The notes: generated by a model from the letters alone, not told the origin. Counted from the stretch's first letter, positions 21,474 to 31,035 are shown. The stretch: DNA of 64,000 nt from Halorarum halobium (GCF_032116555.1 NZ_CP134949.1:1674001-1738000), one strand, 5' to 3'. A program made the numbers and translations.

Positions 21474-21612
21474 CGGTCGCCTCCGCGACGGTCGCCTCCA
21501 CCGTCCCGCGCGAGCGGTGCGGACGCGGGAGGAGGAACGAGTCGGGTCATACCCCGCGTTTGGCCGCCATCAGTTAAAAACAGTTGCCGATCCGGGGCGT
21601 CGATACACCCGG

Positions 21613-22944
21613 CTACTCCGTTCGGTCCGCGGTCGAGCGCTCGTCGACCCGCGCCGCGACCGAGCGCAGTACCGAACACGTCCCCTCGTGCCCGGGACAG
21701 ACGAACCCGACCGTCTCCCCCTCGCCGGGTTCGGTTCGGTGGTAGTCGAGTCGGCTCCGGCTCATGAGTTCCCAGGCGACGATGCCGTCGATGTCGGCTT
21801 CCAGCGCCGCGTCGTGCCACTCGGCGAACAGCTCGTTCCGCCGCTCGATCTGGCCGGCCGCGTCCGACTCCTGCAGGTTCACCCGCCACCCGTACTCGCC
21901 GAGATACACCGGTTTCCCCACGTCCTCGGTCCCTCGCCGCGTCCGGTCGGTGATGTACTCGACGCCGAACGACTTCGGGTTCGACATGTCCCAGTTCTGT
22001 GGCCAGAGGTGGATCGAACAGGCGTCGATCCCGTCGACCGCGTGGGCTCGCGTGTAGAACTCTCCGGGCGATTCCGTTCCGAGGAAGACGTCGCTGCCGG
22101 TCGAAACGAGATGGTCGTCGTCCAGTTCGTGGACGAAGGCGGCTGACTCCTCGAGCCACGAGAGGAGCAGTTCCCCGTCGGCCTGGACGCGCGGCTCGTT
22201 AGCGAGTTCCCACAGGAGTATCGTCGGGTCGCCCCGGTACTCGCGGCCGGTGATGGTGTTGGTCCGCGTGAGCAGGTGCTCGATGAACCCGCGGTAGAGT
22301 TCCTGTGCGCGGTCGAGCGCGTAGAAGTCGGCGTGCTCCCCGGCGTCCTCGACCCAGTCGACGTACTGGTTCATCCCCGTCGCGCCCCAGTTGTCCACGA
22401 GCGGCAGGATGACCCGGATCCCGCGTCTGCCCGCCTCCGCGACGATGTAATCCAGGTGGCGGAACGCCGACTCGTCGAACGTGCCGGGTTCGGGCTGGAA
22501 GCTGAGGTCACAGCCGTCGACCGACTCGGCACAGTTCGACTCCCCGCCGGCGGACCCGATCTTGAACCGGATGGCGTCGGCGTTCAGCGTACTCGCCGAC
22601 TCCAGCACGTCGTCGACGCGGGATTTACTGGTGTACCCCTCCGCCAGACAGCAGTTGGCCACGCCGCTGAACACGTACCGCTCCCCGTCGACGACGAACT
22701 CGGTCCCGTCGCGTTCGACGAACGCGGTCGGCGTCTCGTCCCGTGGCGTCGGTTCGGGTTCGGCCGACTCCGTTCCCGTCGGCGTCGCGTCGGTCTCCGC
22801 GGGCGAGCCCGTTCCCCGGGGCGAACCGGTTGGGGCCGCAGTCGTCGGCCGATTCCCATCGCCCACGCAGGCGGCGAGCCAGCTCGTCAGGCCCGCACCG
22901 AGCGCGGCCAGTACCCGACGTCGTGGTGGCGAGCCGTCATTCAT
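21613..22944 (-). CDS. Glycoside hydrolase family 5 (mannanase-like), Tat-exported lipoprotein
   Basis: RRRVL Tat motif, LAAC lipobox, Pro/Thr linker, catalytic WELANEP and YLGEYG. Confidence 0.88.
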   Translation of the reverse strand: MNDGSPPRRRVLAALGAGLTSWLAACVGDGNRPTTAAPTGSPRGTGSPAETDATPTGTESAEPEPTPRDETPTAFVERDGTEFVVDGERYVFSGVANCCLAEGYTSKSRVDDVLESASTLNADAIRFKIGSAGGESNCAESVDGCDLSFQPEPGTFDESAFRHLDYIVAEAGRRGIRVILPLVDNWGATGMNQYVDWVEDAGEHADFYALDRAQELYRGFIEHLLTRTNTITGREYRGDPTILLWELANEPRVQADGELLLSWLEESAAFVHELDDDHLVSTGSDVFLGTESPGEFYTRAHAVDGIDACSIHLWPQNWDMSNPKSFGVEYITDRTRRGTEDVGKPVYLGEYGWRVNLQESDAAGQIERRNELFAEWHDAALEADIDGIVAWELMSRSRLDYHRTEPGEGETVGFVCPGHEGTCSVLRSVAARVDERSTADRTE

Positions 22945-23026
22945 CGGCGGCTGTTACGAGGTTTCGTAGGTAAACCTTCCTGCCGCGTCACGGTCGACGT
23001 CCGTGTCGGATCCCGTCGAGTCGCTC

Positions 23027-24190
23027 TCACGGGTCCGCCACACGCACACCCAGCACCTGCTCGGCGGCCGCGGCGACCTCGTCGACGTGCTCTGCGGGCG
23101 CGTACACGCCCATCCGCCAGCCCGCGCGCTGGGCGGCGCGAAGCCCGGACACGAGTTCGGAGGCGTCCTCCAGCCGCTGCGGGACGCCGTTGACGACGAC
23201 CCTGCTGCCCGCCTCCGTGAACGCCGGGCGGCCGGGGACGTCGACGACGACCTGGCGGTCCGCGACGTCCGCGAGGTCGGCGATCTCCCGCTCCGCGCGC
23301 CGCTCGGCCTCGTGGTCGAGTTCGACCACGTCGGTGGGAACGTCGGCCAGTTCGGCCCAGACGGCGCGCTTGTACAGGTTCCGGTACTCGATGCGGCGGC
23401 CGAGTTCGGGCACGTGCTCGCGGAGCGCGACGAGGAGGTCGTGGTCGGCCATCCGTCGGAACGTCTCGACGTCGGTTCCTTCGTCGATGAGCCGCTCGGA
23501 GGCGCGTTCGAGCATCGCGCCCGCGATTCTGGAGACGTGGTGTCTGTACACCGTCGCGTCCATCAGCGCGCGGGCGAGCAGCAGCGACTCGGCCGTCCGG
23601 ACGTTCCCCTCCGCGAGGACGAGCGTCCCGTCGCTGTACCGGAGTTCGCGGACGAGCCGTTCGTGGTCGATGGTGCCGTACGGGACGCCGGTGTGGTGGG
23701 CGTCCCGCACGAGGTAGTCCATCCGGTCCACGTCCAGTTCCCCCGAGACGAGCTGGCCGAGTTCGCGCTCGCCCCGGACGAGCGCCGCGACGTACTCGGC
23801 GTCGAGTCCGTGGTCTGTGAGGACGTCGCCCACGTCGGTCCGCCCGAGCAGTTCGCCGACCTCGTCGTGGTGCTTGCCCGTGTGGCGCTCAATGACCTTC
23901 TCAGTCTGGTGGCCGTACGGCCCGTGGCCGACGTCGTGGATGAGCGCGGCCGCGCGGACGTGTCTGGCGCGGTCGTCCTCGACCCCGAGCGAGTCCAGGG
24001 AACGGGACGCGAGGTGGTAGACGCCGAGGCTGTGCTCGAACCGTGTGTGGTTCGCGGAGGGGTAGACGAGGCGGACGGTGGAGAGCTGTTTGATGTGGCG
24101 AAGCCGCTGGACGGCGTCGGTGTCCAGTAGGTCGACGGCGACGGGGTCGAGCGTGATATAGTCGTGGACGCTGTCCTTGATTGCCTTCAT
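23027..24190 (-). CDS. HD-domain phosphohydrolase, SAMHD1-like (paralog 2)
   Basis: QRLRHIKQL, ANHTRFEHSLG, IHDVGHGPYGH, LDVDRMDYL. Confidence 0.92.
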   Translation of the reverse strand: MKAIKDSVHDYITLDPVAVDLLDTDAVQRLRHIKQLSTVRLVYPSANHTRFEHSLGVYHLASRSLDSLGVEDDRARHVRAAALIHDVGHGPYGHQTEKVIERHTGKHHDEVGELLGRTDVGDVLTDHGLDAEYVAALVRGERELGQLVSGELDVDRMDYLVRDAHHTGVPYGTIDHERLVRELRYSDGTLVLAEGNVRTAESLLLARALMDATVYRHHVSRIAGAMLERASERLIDEGTDVETFRRMADHDLLVALREHVPELGRRIEYRNLYKRAVWAELADVPTDVVELDHEAERRAEREIADLADVADRQVVVDVPGRPAFTEAGSRVVVNGVPQRLEDASELVSGLRAAQRAGWRMGVYAPAEHVDEVAAAAEQVLGVRVADP

Positions 24191-24286
24191 CGTCGCTACG
24201 GTCCGGTGCGTCCGTCGTGGTGAAACGTTATCGGTGACGGACCGAAGCCGCGGGTCGGGGTCGCCGCGGCGCGCGGAGCCCCGTTC

Positions 24287-24736
24287 TCACACGGGGACGC
24301 CCGTCTCCTCGTAGGCGGTGCCGAGGATGACCATCGTCTGTGACCGGTCGAACCCTTCCATGCCGGCGATCCGTCCGAACATCAGCTCCCGGAGGTCGTC
24401 GGTGCTCTCGGCGTAGACGCGCATCATCACGTCCCACTCGCCCGTCGTCAGGTGGACCTCACGGACGCCCTCCACGTCCCTGAGACGCGCGAGCGCCTCG
24501 TCCTCGTGTCCCTGCTGGACCCTGAGGCCGACGAGCGCCGAGACGCCGTACCCGAGCGAGCCCGGGTTCACGTCCGCGTGGTAGCCGCGGATGACGCCGG
24601 CGTCCTCCATGCGGGACACCCGGTCGTGGACCGTCGCGCTCGACATGTCGATGCGCCGTGCCACCTCGCTGAACGGCGTTCGCGCGTCCTCCTGGAGGAT
24701 CTCGAGGATGGCCCGGTCCGTCTCGTCCAGTTCCAT
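24287..24736 (-). CDS. Lrp/AsnC-family transcriptional regulator
   Basis: LDETDRAILEILQEDARTPFSEVA HTH; TGEWD RAM domain. Confidence 0.95.
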   Translation of the reverse strand: MELDETDRAILEILQEDARTPFSEVARRIDMSSATVHDRVSRMEDAGVIRGYHADVNPGSLGYGVSALVGLRVQQGHEDEALARLRDVEGVREVHLTTGEWDVMMRVYAESTDDLRELMFGRIAGMEGFDRSQTMVILGTAYEETGVPV

Positions 24737-24778
24737 ACGGGGGTTCGGGAGGGACGGTACTTCGACGTTGCGCTCGCC

Positions 24779-25603
24779 TCAGGGACCGTCACCTCCGGCT
24801 CGGTCCCGAACGTCGTCGACCGCGCGCGCCGCAGCCAGCACCTCGTCGTGGATCCGTCCGTTCGAGACGACGAGCCCCCGGGAGTCGTGGGTCCAGCGGT
24901 CGCCCTCCAGGTCGGTCACCGTTCCACCGGCCCGTCGGACCATGTGGACGCCGGCGACCGTGTCCCACGGGTTGCACTCGACGTTCGTGATCGTGCCGTC
25001 GAGCGAGCCGTCGGCGACCATCGAGAGGGTCACCTGCGCGGAGCCGAACCGGCGCATGTCCGCGAAGCGGTGGACGATCTCCGAGCACGCGGCCGCGTAC
25101 TCGTCGCGTCGGTCGAACGACCACCAGATGGTCGGCGCGACGACTGCCCGTTCCGGGTCGGAGACGTCGCTCACGGTGACCCGCTCGCCGTCTCGGTACG
25201 TTCCGTCGGCGTCGGACGTGTACGCGTCGTCCATGGCGGGAAGGACGTTCGCGGCTGCGACCGGTTCCCCGTCGAAGACGGCAGCGACCGAGGTGGCGAA
25301 CAGCCGGACGTCCCTGACGTAGTTGTTCGTCCCGTCGATGGGGTCGATGACCCAGGCGGGACCCTCCTCGGGGATCACCTTCAGCTCGTCCTCCTCCTCG
25401 CCCACGAAGGCGTCGTCGGGGAACGACTCTCGGACAGTCCCGATGACTCGCCGCTGTGCGGTCCGGTCGGCTTCGGTCACGACGTCAGTCTTCCCGCCCT
25501 TCGTCTCCACCGCGATGCCCCTGCGGAACTGCTCGTCCGCGACGCTCGCGCCGGCCCGGGCCGCGCGTTCGGCAACCTCGACGCGGTCCGTTCGTTCGCT
25601 CAT
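24779..25603 (-). CDS. Inositol monophosphatase-family phosphatase
   Basis: DVVTEAD, GEE, WVIDPIDGT.NY, PWDTVAG. Confidence 0.93.
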   Translation of the reverse strand: MSERTDRVEVAERAARAGASVADEQFRRGIAVETKGGKTDVVTEADRTAQRRVIGTVRESFPDDAFVGEEEDELKVIPEEGPAWVIDPIDGTNNYVRDVRLFATSVAAVFDGEPVAAANVLPAMDDAYTSDADGTYRDGERVTVSDVSDPERAVVAPTIWWSFDRRDEYAAACSEIVHRFADMRRFGSAQVTLSMVADGSLDGTITNVECNPWDTVAGVHMVRRAGGTVTDLEGDRWTHDSRGLVVSNGRIHDEVLAAARAVDDVRDRAGGDGP

Positions 25604-25694
25604 ACCCTCCTCGGACGGGGAGCCCACCGGAATATCCGTCGGTTCCGCGCGGGCGACTGGTGGATTTAGGTGCGTTCGTGGCGAACCCTCCCCC

Positions 25695-25964
25695 GTGAGC
25701 GACGAGGGGACCGATCACCCGCCGGGCGTCCACACCGCGCTGGGCCACCTGGTGGCCGACGCCCGCGAACACGCAGCCAGCGGCGAGACGGCCGCCATGC
25801 TGGACGCCCTCGACGTCCTGGGCGACGTTTGCCGGACCGAACTCCGCGAGGGATCGCTGCGGGACCGACTCCTCTTCGGCTGTTCGCGCGTCGAGTACCA
25901 CGCCGACGCGGACCCCGAGGTCGCCGTCGAGTACCTCAGAGCCATGGGGCGACTGCTGGAGTGA
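25695..25964 (+). CDS. Small hypothetical protein (89 aa, GTG start)
   Basis: Acidic, helical-looking sequence with host-like codon usage; preceded by a TTTAGG box; divergent from the IMPase gene. Confidence 0.65.
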   Translation: MSDEGTDHPPGVHTALGHLVADAREHAASGETAAMLDALDVLGDVCRTELREGSLRDRLLFGCSRVEYHADADPEVAVEYLRAMGRLLE

Positions 25965-26038
25965 CCGACCCCGCCGTCTCGATTAACTCGATTCCGACTC
26001 AGCGTGAACTTAACTGGACGGACGTCCTAAGTTGGTTC

Positions 26039-26290
26039 ATGCGCCCGAGGGAAGCGGTCCGACAGCTCGAATACGCCATCGACGCGACCACCACGGACGG
26101 CGGCCGGCGCTGTGCGGTCACGTACCGCCGCACGTTCGAGCGCGTGGCTGACGACGGGACCGGCGCGGACGTCGCCGACCTCGCCGCGGCGCTCGGCACC
26201 GAGGTCCGGCAGGGTAACCGTCCCTCCCCCGTCGAGGCACGGCGGGAGGCCGATCGGGTGCTGGGCGTGGCAACGGACGGCGGTCGGTAA
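26039..26290 (+). CDS. Small hypothetical protein (83 aa)
   Basis: ATG at 26039, with CTTAAC about 25-30 bp upstream; host-like codons; ends in ATDGGR. Confidence 0.6.
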   Translation: MRPREAVRQLEYAIDATTTDGGRRCAVTYRRTFERVADDGTGADVADLAAALGTEVRQGNRPSPVEARREADRVLGVATDGGR

Positions 26291-26421
26291 GGAACTGGTC
26301 GGTCCTCGTGGTGTCGTTTTTTCCGACGCTCGTTCGATACGCGGAGCCGTGGCTCGTTAGCGATCGTAGCGAGTGTTGCGAGGGAAGAGCGCCCCTGTGG
26401 CGCCTTCCGCACTGGGAGCAG

Positions 26422-26505
26422 TGCGAGGGATGCGATTTGAACGCATGGACCTCTACAGGAGCGGATCTTGAGTCCGCCGCCGTTTCCAGGCTTGGCTACC
26501 CTCGC
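26422..26505 (-). tRNA. tRNA-Leu(CAA)
   Basis: Reverse complement GCGAGGGTAGCCAAGCCTGGAAACGGCGGCGGACTCAAGATCCGC...GTTCAAATCGCATCCCTCGCA folds as a cloverleaf with a long variable arm and anticodon CAA. Confidence 0.96.
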
Positions 26506-26556
26506 ACGCGTTCGCCAGTCCCACTCGGCCGATGTAAAACGTTCCGACTCCCCCGC

Positions 26557-26841
26557 TCACCGCGGTGCCGTCCCCGCCTGCCGGAGCGACATGTAGAACA
26601 CGATGCCGAGCGACCCGAACTGCAGTCCGATCTCCAGCCGCGTCGGGTCGCCCCCGCCGCGAACGAGGAACGTCCCGAAACTCGCGGCCGCAAGCGCCAT
26701 CGCGATCAGAAACAACAGCGCGGGGCGGACCCCGTCGTCGGTCAGGACCGCCCACGTTCGCTCGAGAAGCCGGCGGGGCATCGAGACGACGGCGGTACGG
26801 AGGGCGGCGAGCAGCGACAGGCCGCGGCGAACCGGGTTCAC
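26557..26841 (-). CDS. Small membrane protein (two predicted TM helices)
   Basis: GTG start; hydrophobic ALLFLIAMALAAASFGTFLV and IGLQFGSLGIVFY; TTTATG box upstream. Confidence 0.6.
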   Translation of the reverse strand: MNPVRRGLSLLAALRTAVVSMPRRLLERTWAVLTDDGVRPALLFLIAMALAAASFGTFLVRGGGDPTRLEIGLQFGSLGIVFYMSLRQAGTAPR

Positions 26842-27024
26842 GGTCTGTAGTCCGCTCACGCGAACATAAATCCACCCCGACGCCGCCCCGTCGGTCACGA
26901 TCCGTCTCCACGCCAGTCCTCTGCACCACCCACTCCCACACCAGTTACCCGGCACTACCCACTCTCACATCGGTCACCCGACGCGACCGCCGCGCTAATG
27001 TCCGTCGGACGACCACGTGTAGAC

Positions 27025-27510
27025 ATGGACGAGCACACCCGTGATCCCAGCGTCGCGCCGCCGCTCGGGAACCCGTCCGGCTGGCGTGCCGACGAACGGG
27101 TGTGGGAGCACGCGACCCTCCGGCGTGCGACCGAACACGGCGTCCGCCTGTTCAACGCGGACGAGTACCACGAGAGCCACGACTGCTTCGAGGACGAGTG
27201 GTACAACTACGGCTCGGGTTCGATCGAGAGCGCGTTCCTCCACGGGATGGTGCAGGTCGCGGCGGGCGCGTACAAGCACGAGGACTTCGGCGACGACGGC
27301 GGGATGCGGTCGCTGTTCACGACCGCGCTCGAGTACCTCCGCGGCGTCCCTGCCGACTTCTACGGCGTCGACGTGGTCGACGTGCGCGAGACGCTCGCCG
27401 CATCACTCGAGGAGCCGAGCGAACTCGACGGCTGGCGGCTCACGCTCGACGACGAGACGCCCGACGCCTACGAGGCCGACTACGCCTACGTCGAGTCGCT
27501 CGACCACTGA
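27025..27510 (+). CDS. DUF309-family protein
   Basis: [32 protein letters not shown]. Confidence 0.9.
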   Translation: MDEHTRDPSVAPPLGNPSGWRADERVWEHATLRRATEHGVRLFNADEYHESHDCFEDEWYNYGSGSIESAFLHGMVQVAAGAYKHEDFGDDGGMRSLFTTALEYLRGVPADFYGVDVVDVRETLAASLEEPSELDGWRLTLDDETPDAYEADYAYVESLDH

Positions 27511-27587
27511 GGGGGGTGTCGACCCGCGACGGACGCCGTCGCTCGGGGAATCGTGGCGGGTAAATACCCCGGGGCCAACCGGTCGGT

Positions 27588-28412
27588 ATGCGGATTCACC
27601 AGCTCGGTGACGGGGTTCCCGAGGTCGCCGTCGTCGGGGGGATCCACGGCGACGAGCCCTGCGGCCCGGCGGCCGTCGAACGGCTCGTCGCCGAGGCCCC
27701 GCCCGTCGAGCGCCCGGTGAAACTCGTCGTCGCAAACGAGGAGGCGCTCGCCCGCGACGAGCGGTTCCTGGACGAGGACCTGAATCGGGCGTTCCCCGGC
27801 GACGCCGACGCGGACGGCCACGAGGGGCGACTCGCTCACGACCTCGCTCGCGAACTCGAGGGCTGTACGACGCTCGCGCTCCACTCGACCCAGTCGTTCG
27901 CCGACCCGTTCGCGCTCTGTGACACGGTCGACGAGATCGCGCGCGCGGTGGTCCCGCATCTCCCGGTCGACACGCTCATCGAGACCGACCTGTTCACTGA
28001 AGGGCGGCTCATCGAACACCCCCACACCGTCGAGGTCGAGTGCGGGCTCCAGGGCAGCGACGACGCCGCGGACAACGCCTACCGGCTCGCGCGATCGTTT
28101 CTCGCGGCGACGGGCGCGCTGGACGCGCCGACCCCGGACGGGTCGAACCCCGAGGGGCCGACCGGCGGGGAGGACGCGACCGCGGACGACGTCGCCGTGT
28201 TCCGCCTGCTCCAGCCGGTCGGCAAGCCGCCGGCCGACGAGTACGAGGTGTTCGTCGACAACTTCGAGCGCGTGGAGACCGGCGAACGGTTCGCCGTCGC
28301 CGACGGGGAGACGTTCACCGCCGACGAGCCGTTCTATCCGGTGTTGATGTCCGCCGGAGGGTACGCCGACGTGTTCGGCTACGCCGCTGAGAAGGTCGGG
28401 TCCCTGGAGTAG
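27588..28412 (+). CDS. Succinylglutamate desuccinylase/aspartoacylase-family protein (M14-like)
   Basis: GIHGDEPCG, DLNRAFPG, LHSTQS, EVECG. Confidence 0.9.
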   Translation: MRIHQLGDGVPEVAVVGGIHGDEPCGPAAVERLVAEAPPVERPVKLVVANEEALARDERFLDEDLNRAFPGDADADGHEGRLAHDLARELEGCTTLALHSTQSFADPFALCDTVDEIARAVVPHLPVDTLIETDLFTEGRLIEHPHTVEVECGLQGSDDAADNAYRLARSFLAATGALDAPTPDGSNPEGPTGGEDATADDVAVFRLLQPVGKPPADEYEVFVDNFERVETGERFAVADGETFTADEPFYPVLMSAGGYADVFGYAAEKVGSLE

Positions 28413-28413
28413 C

Positions 28414-28668
28414 TCAGGCCGAGATCTCGTCCAAGTCCTCGAGTTCCTCGATGTCGTCCGACATCAGCTTGCGCGCGCCGAACGCGAGCAGTGCGAGCAG
28501 CACGAGCACCCCGAGGGCGGCGACGCGTGAGCCGCCCGACTCCGATTCCTCACCGGCGACGTCGCCCTCCTCGTTTTCGTCCTCGTCGGACGGGGACGCG
28601 CCGATGGAGCCGCGGGGACTGAAGTCGATGCCCTCGTCGATGTGGAGCTCTAACAGCGTGATGTCCAT
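28414..28668 (-). CDS. Small acidic single-TM protein
   Basis: ITLLELH N-terminus, acidic linker, TM segment ALGVLVLLALLAFGA followed by RK. Confidence 0.7.
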   Translation of the reverse strand: MDITLLELHIDEGIDFSPRGSIGASPSDEDENEEGDVAGEESESGGSRVAALGVLVLLALLAFGARKLMSDDIEELEDLDEISA

Positions 28669-28898
28669 ACACCGCGTACGGCGACGATCGGCTTATCCGT
28701 TGGGGCGGCCGATCCTGGCGCCGCGTGGTCCGTCAGGTCGGGGACGGATTCGTTCGATCCCGGGCCGGTGCCATTCACTCAGGTTCGGGGCTGCTGGGAG
28801 CCACTGCCCTCGAGACGGCGCGGCCGCTCGTGAACGAACGGTCGTCGTCCGGCGGTATCGGCTCACCGGAGAACTGTCACGTCAGGCCCGACGGACGA

Positions 28899-29183
28899 TC
28901 ACTCGATGTGACCTTCCTGGCGGAGCTGGTTCGCGTCCTCCTCGGAGTAGCGCCACTCGACGTTCGCCTTCTCGTCCTGCCAGTCCCACGGCTCCGCGAT
29001 GACGACGTCGCCCTCGTTGATCCACGTCCGGTACTTCATCCGACCGGGGATCCGCCCCATCCGCGTCTCGCCGTCCACACAGCGGAGTCGAACGTGGTTT
29101 CCGCCGAGGTGCTCGGTCACGACCGCGAACACCTGATCGCCGTTGGGCATCCGGAGGTTCCGGCGCCCGGTTTCTTCATTCAC
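28899..29183 (-). CDS. eif1a: Translation initiation factor aIF-1A
   Basis: GTG start; [32 protein letters not shown]. Confidence 0.95.
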   Translation of the reverse strand: MNEETGRRNLRMPNGDQVFAVVTEHLGGNHVRLRCVDGETRMGRIPGRMKYRTWINEGDVVIAEPWDWQDEKANVEWRYSEEDANQLRQEGHIE

Positions 29184-29468
29184 GTGTGTAATTGGGGCGT
29201 TACACGGATAAGTCATTGGAGAGCCCCGCTAGCGTTTGTCACGGTGGCGTCTCGGACGAGTCGAGCGAACGGGCCGCGAGGGCGACGCTCCGACCGACGT
29301 CGGGAGTGTCGGCGACACGAGCCACCACTTCCACGGCGAACCGCTCACCAGCCGTCCGTAACTGGTCGTATCGAACTATCGTGTCTTCCCACGAACGGTT
29401 CCGTGACCTCCGTGAGCGGCGTTCGGGGCGAGCGCTCGCACCGCTCGGGGAGGTCGAGGAGGACGAAG

Positions 29469-29882
29469 ATGGCAACCACATCCGGAGACGGGACGATCGA
29501 GGAGACGCGCCGGGACGTGGAGGAGACGCTCGGGTTCGTGCCGGGCTACTTCGACGCGCTCCACGACGAAGACCTGACGAACGAGTGGCCGACGTTCAAG
29601 CGGTACGCGTTCGAGGAGACCGAGATCCCGGCGAAGTACCGGGAGCTCATCGGCCTCGCCATCGCGGCGAACGTCAAGTGCCCCTACTGCCAGCACTTCC
29701 ACCTGGAGTCGGCCAGGATGCACGGGGCGACGGACGCAGAACTCGCCGAGATCTCCTTCCTGGCGAGCTGGACGGCGCGCTACAGCGCGATGATCCACGC
29801 CCAGGACTACGACCTGGAGACGTTCGAGGACGAGTTCGACCGGATCGCCGAGCACCTTCGGGAAGGAACGGAAGCGGACTAG
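29469..29882 (+). CDS. Carboxymuconolactone decarboxylase/AhpD-family protein
   Basis: LGFVPG, ELIGLAIAA..KCPYCQHFH...AR.HGAT..E. Confidence 0.9.
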   Translation: MATTSGDGTIEETRRDVEETLGFVPGYFDALHDEDLTNEWPTFKRYAFEETEIPAKYRELIGLAIAANVKCPYCQHFHLESARMHGATDAELAEISFLASWTARYSAMIHAQDYDLETFEDEFDRIAEHLREGTEAD

Positions 29883-29949
29883 CGATCCCGGGTACCGGGT
29901 CCCGCCCCGAACCCGATTTACCGGACCCCGTCGTCGACGGAACGTTCGA

Positions 29950-30987
29950 TCAGGCGCGATCGAGCCTGATCTCCTGTCCCTCGATGTCCTCCAGGGCGGC
30001 GACGAGCCCGCCGATCGAGACGCGGCCTCCGTCCGGGTCCTCGACCGTGATGGAAGCGACCTGTTCCGAGGCGTCGAACTCGTACTCCACGACCGGCCCT
30101 TCGACCCTGACGTCGGTTCCCGTCTCGACGTCCCTGCCGGTGATCGCCGCCCTGAAGTTCCCGTCGAGTTCGTGGACGTCCTTGACCGCCCGGCGGATGG
30201 AGGCGTACGTCCGAGGGAACGGTCGCCCCTCCCCGTCCGCGGCGATGCTGTCGGCTGTGCTCCACAGCACCGTCCCGAAGAAGCCCGAGACGAGGAAGCC
30301 GAGCGCGGAGCGATTGAAGATGACGCCGTAGCGGTCCCGATCGTCCCGCAGCGCGTCCTGGGTCGCGTACATCGAGTACTCGCCGTCTGCGACCGCGATG
30401 ACGGGCGTGGTGATGCCGCGTCGCCCGCGGACCTCGGTGGCGACGGCCTCGTAGTCGAACTCCCCGGGCGAGGGCGCGCGCGAGGCGGGCGTCACGAGCA
30501 GTTCGATCGCGACGCCGTCGGCGATCCGTTCCGAGAGCGTCTCGCGGAACCGTCGCAGCAGGTCGGGCGTGAGCGACACGGCCAGTTCGTACTCCGCGCC
30601 CTCGATGACCTCCTCCAGGTAGCGCAGGATCGTCGAGCGCGACTTCACCAGCGAGACCGCCTCCGTGTCCCGCGTCGGCGCGGTGTATCTCGCCTCCAGT
30701 TCGTCGACCATCTCGGCGAGCGACGAGCGGATGTCGCCGAACGCCTCGTCGGGGTCGACCGCGACGATCTTCATCGGGCGCGACTCCCGGAGCTCCACCA
30801 GCCCGCGGTCCGAGAGGCTCCTGACGGTGTCGTACACCCTGGGCTGTGGGATGTCGGTCTCCGAGGCGATCTCGCTCGCGGTCAGTTCCCCCCGTTCGAG
30901 CACGGCGAGGTAGGCGTCGATCTCGTACTCCCCGAGGTTGAAGCGCTCCCCCACCCGCTCCATCGTCGAGCGCAGGTCGTCGGCCAT
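29950..30987 (-). CDS. trmB: Sugar-sensing transcriptional regulator TrmB
   Basis: [45 protein letters not shown], and C-terminal [11 protein letters not shown]. Confidence 0.9.
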   Translation of the reverse strand: MADDLRSTMERVGERFNLGEYEIDAYLAVLERGELTASEIASETDIPQPRVYDTVRSLSDRGLVELRESRPMKIVAVDPDEAFGDIRSSLAEMVDELEARYTAPTRDTEAVSLVKSRSTILRYLEEVIEGAEYELAVSLTPDLLRRFRETLSERIADGVAIELLVTPASRAPSPGEFDYEAVATEVRGRRGITTPVIAVADGEYSMYATQDALRDDRDRYGVIFNRSALGFLVSGFFGTVLWSTADSIAADGEGRPFPRTYASIRRAVKDVHELDGNFRAAITGRDVETGTDVRVEGPVVEYEFDASEQVASITVEDPDGGRVSIGGLVAALEDIEGQEIRLDRA

Positions 30988-31019
30988 ACGAGCACCACCG
31001 TCCGAGGGTATATGGCATT

Positions 31020-31035
31020 TACTGACTCCCGAGTA
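31020..31035. promoter_or_regulatory. Candidate TrmB operator TACT-N7-GAGTA
   Basis: TACTGACTCCCGAGTA lies 33-48 bp upstream of the trmB ATG and matches the haloarchaeal TrmB consensus TACT-N7-8-GAGTA. Confidence 0.75.
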
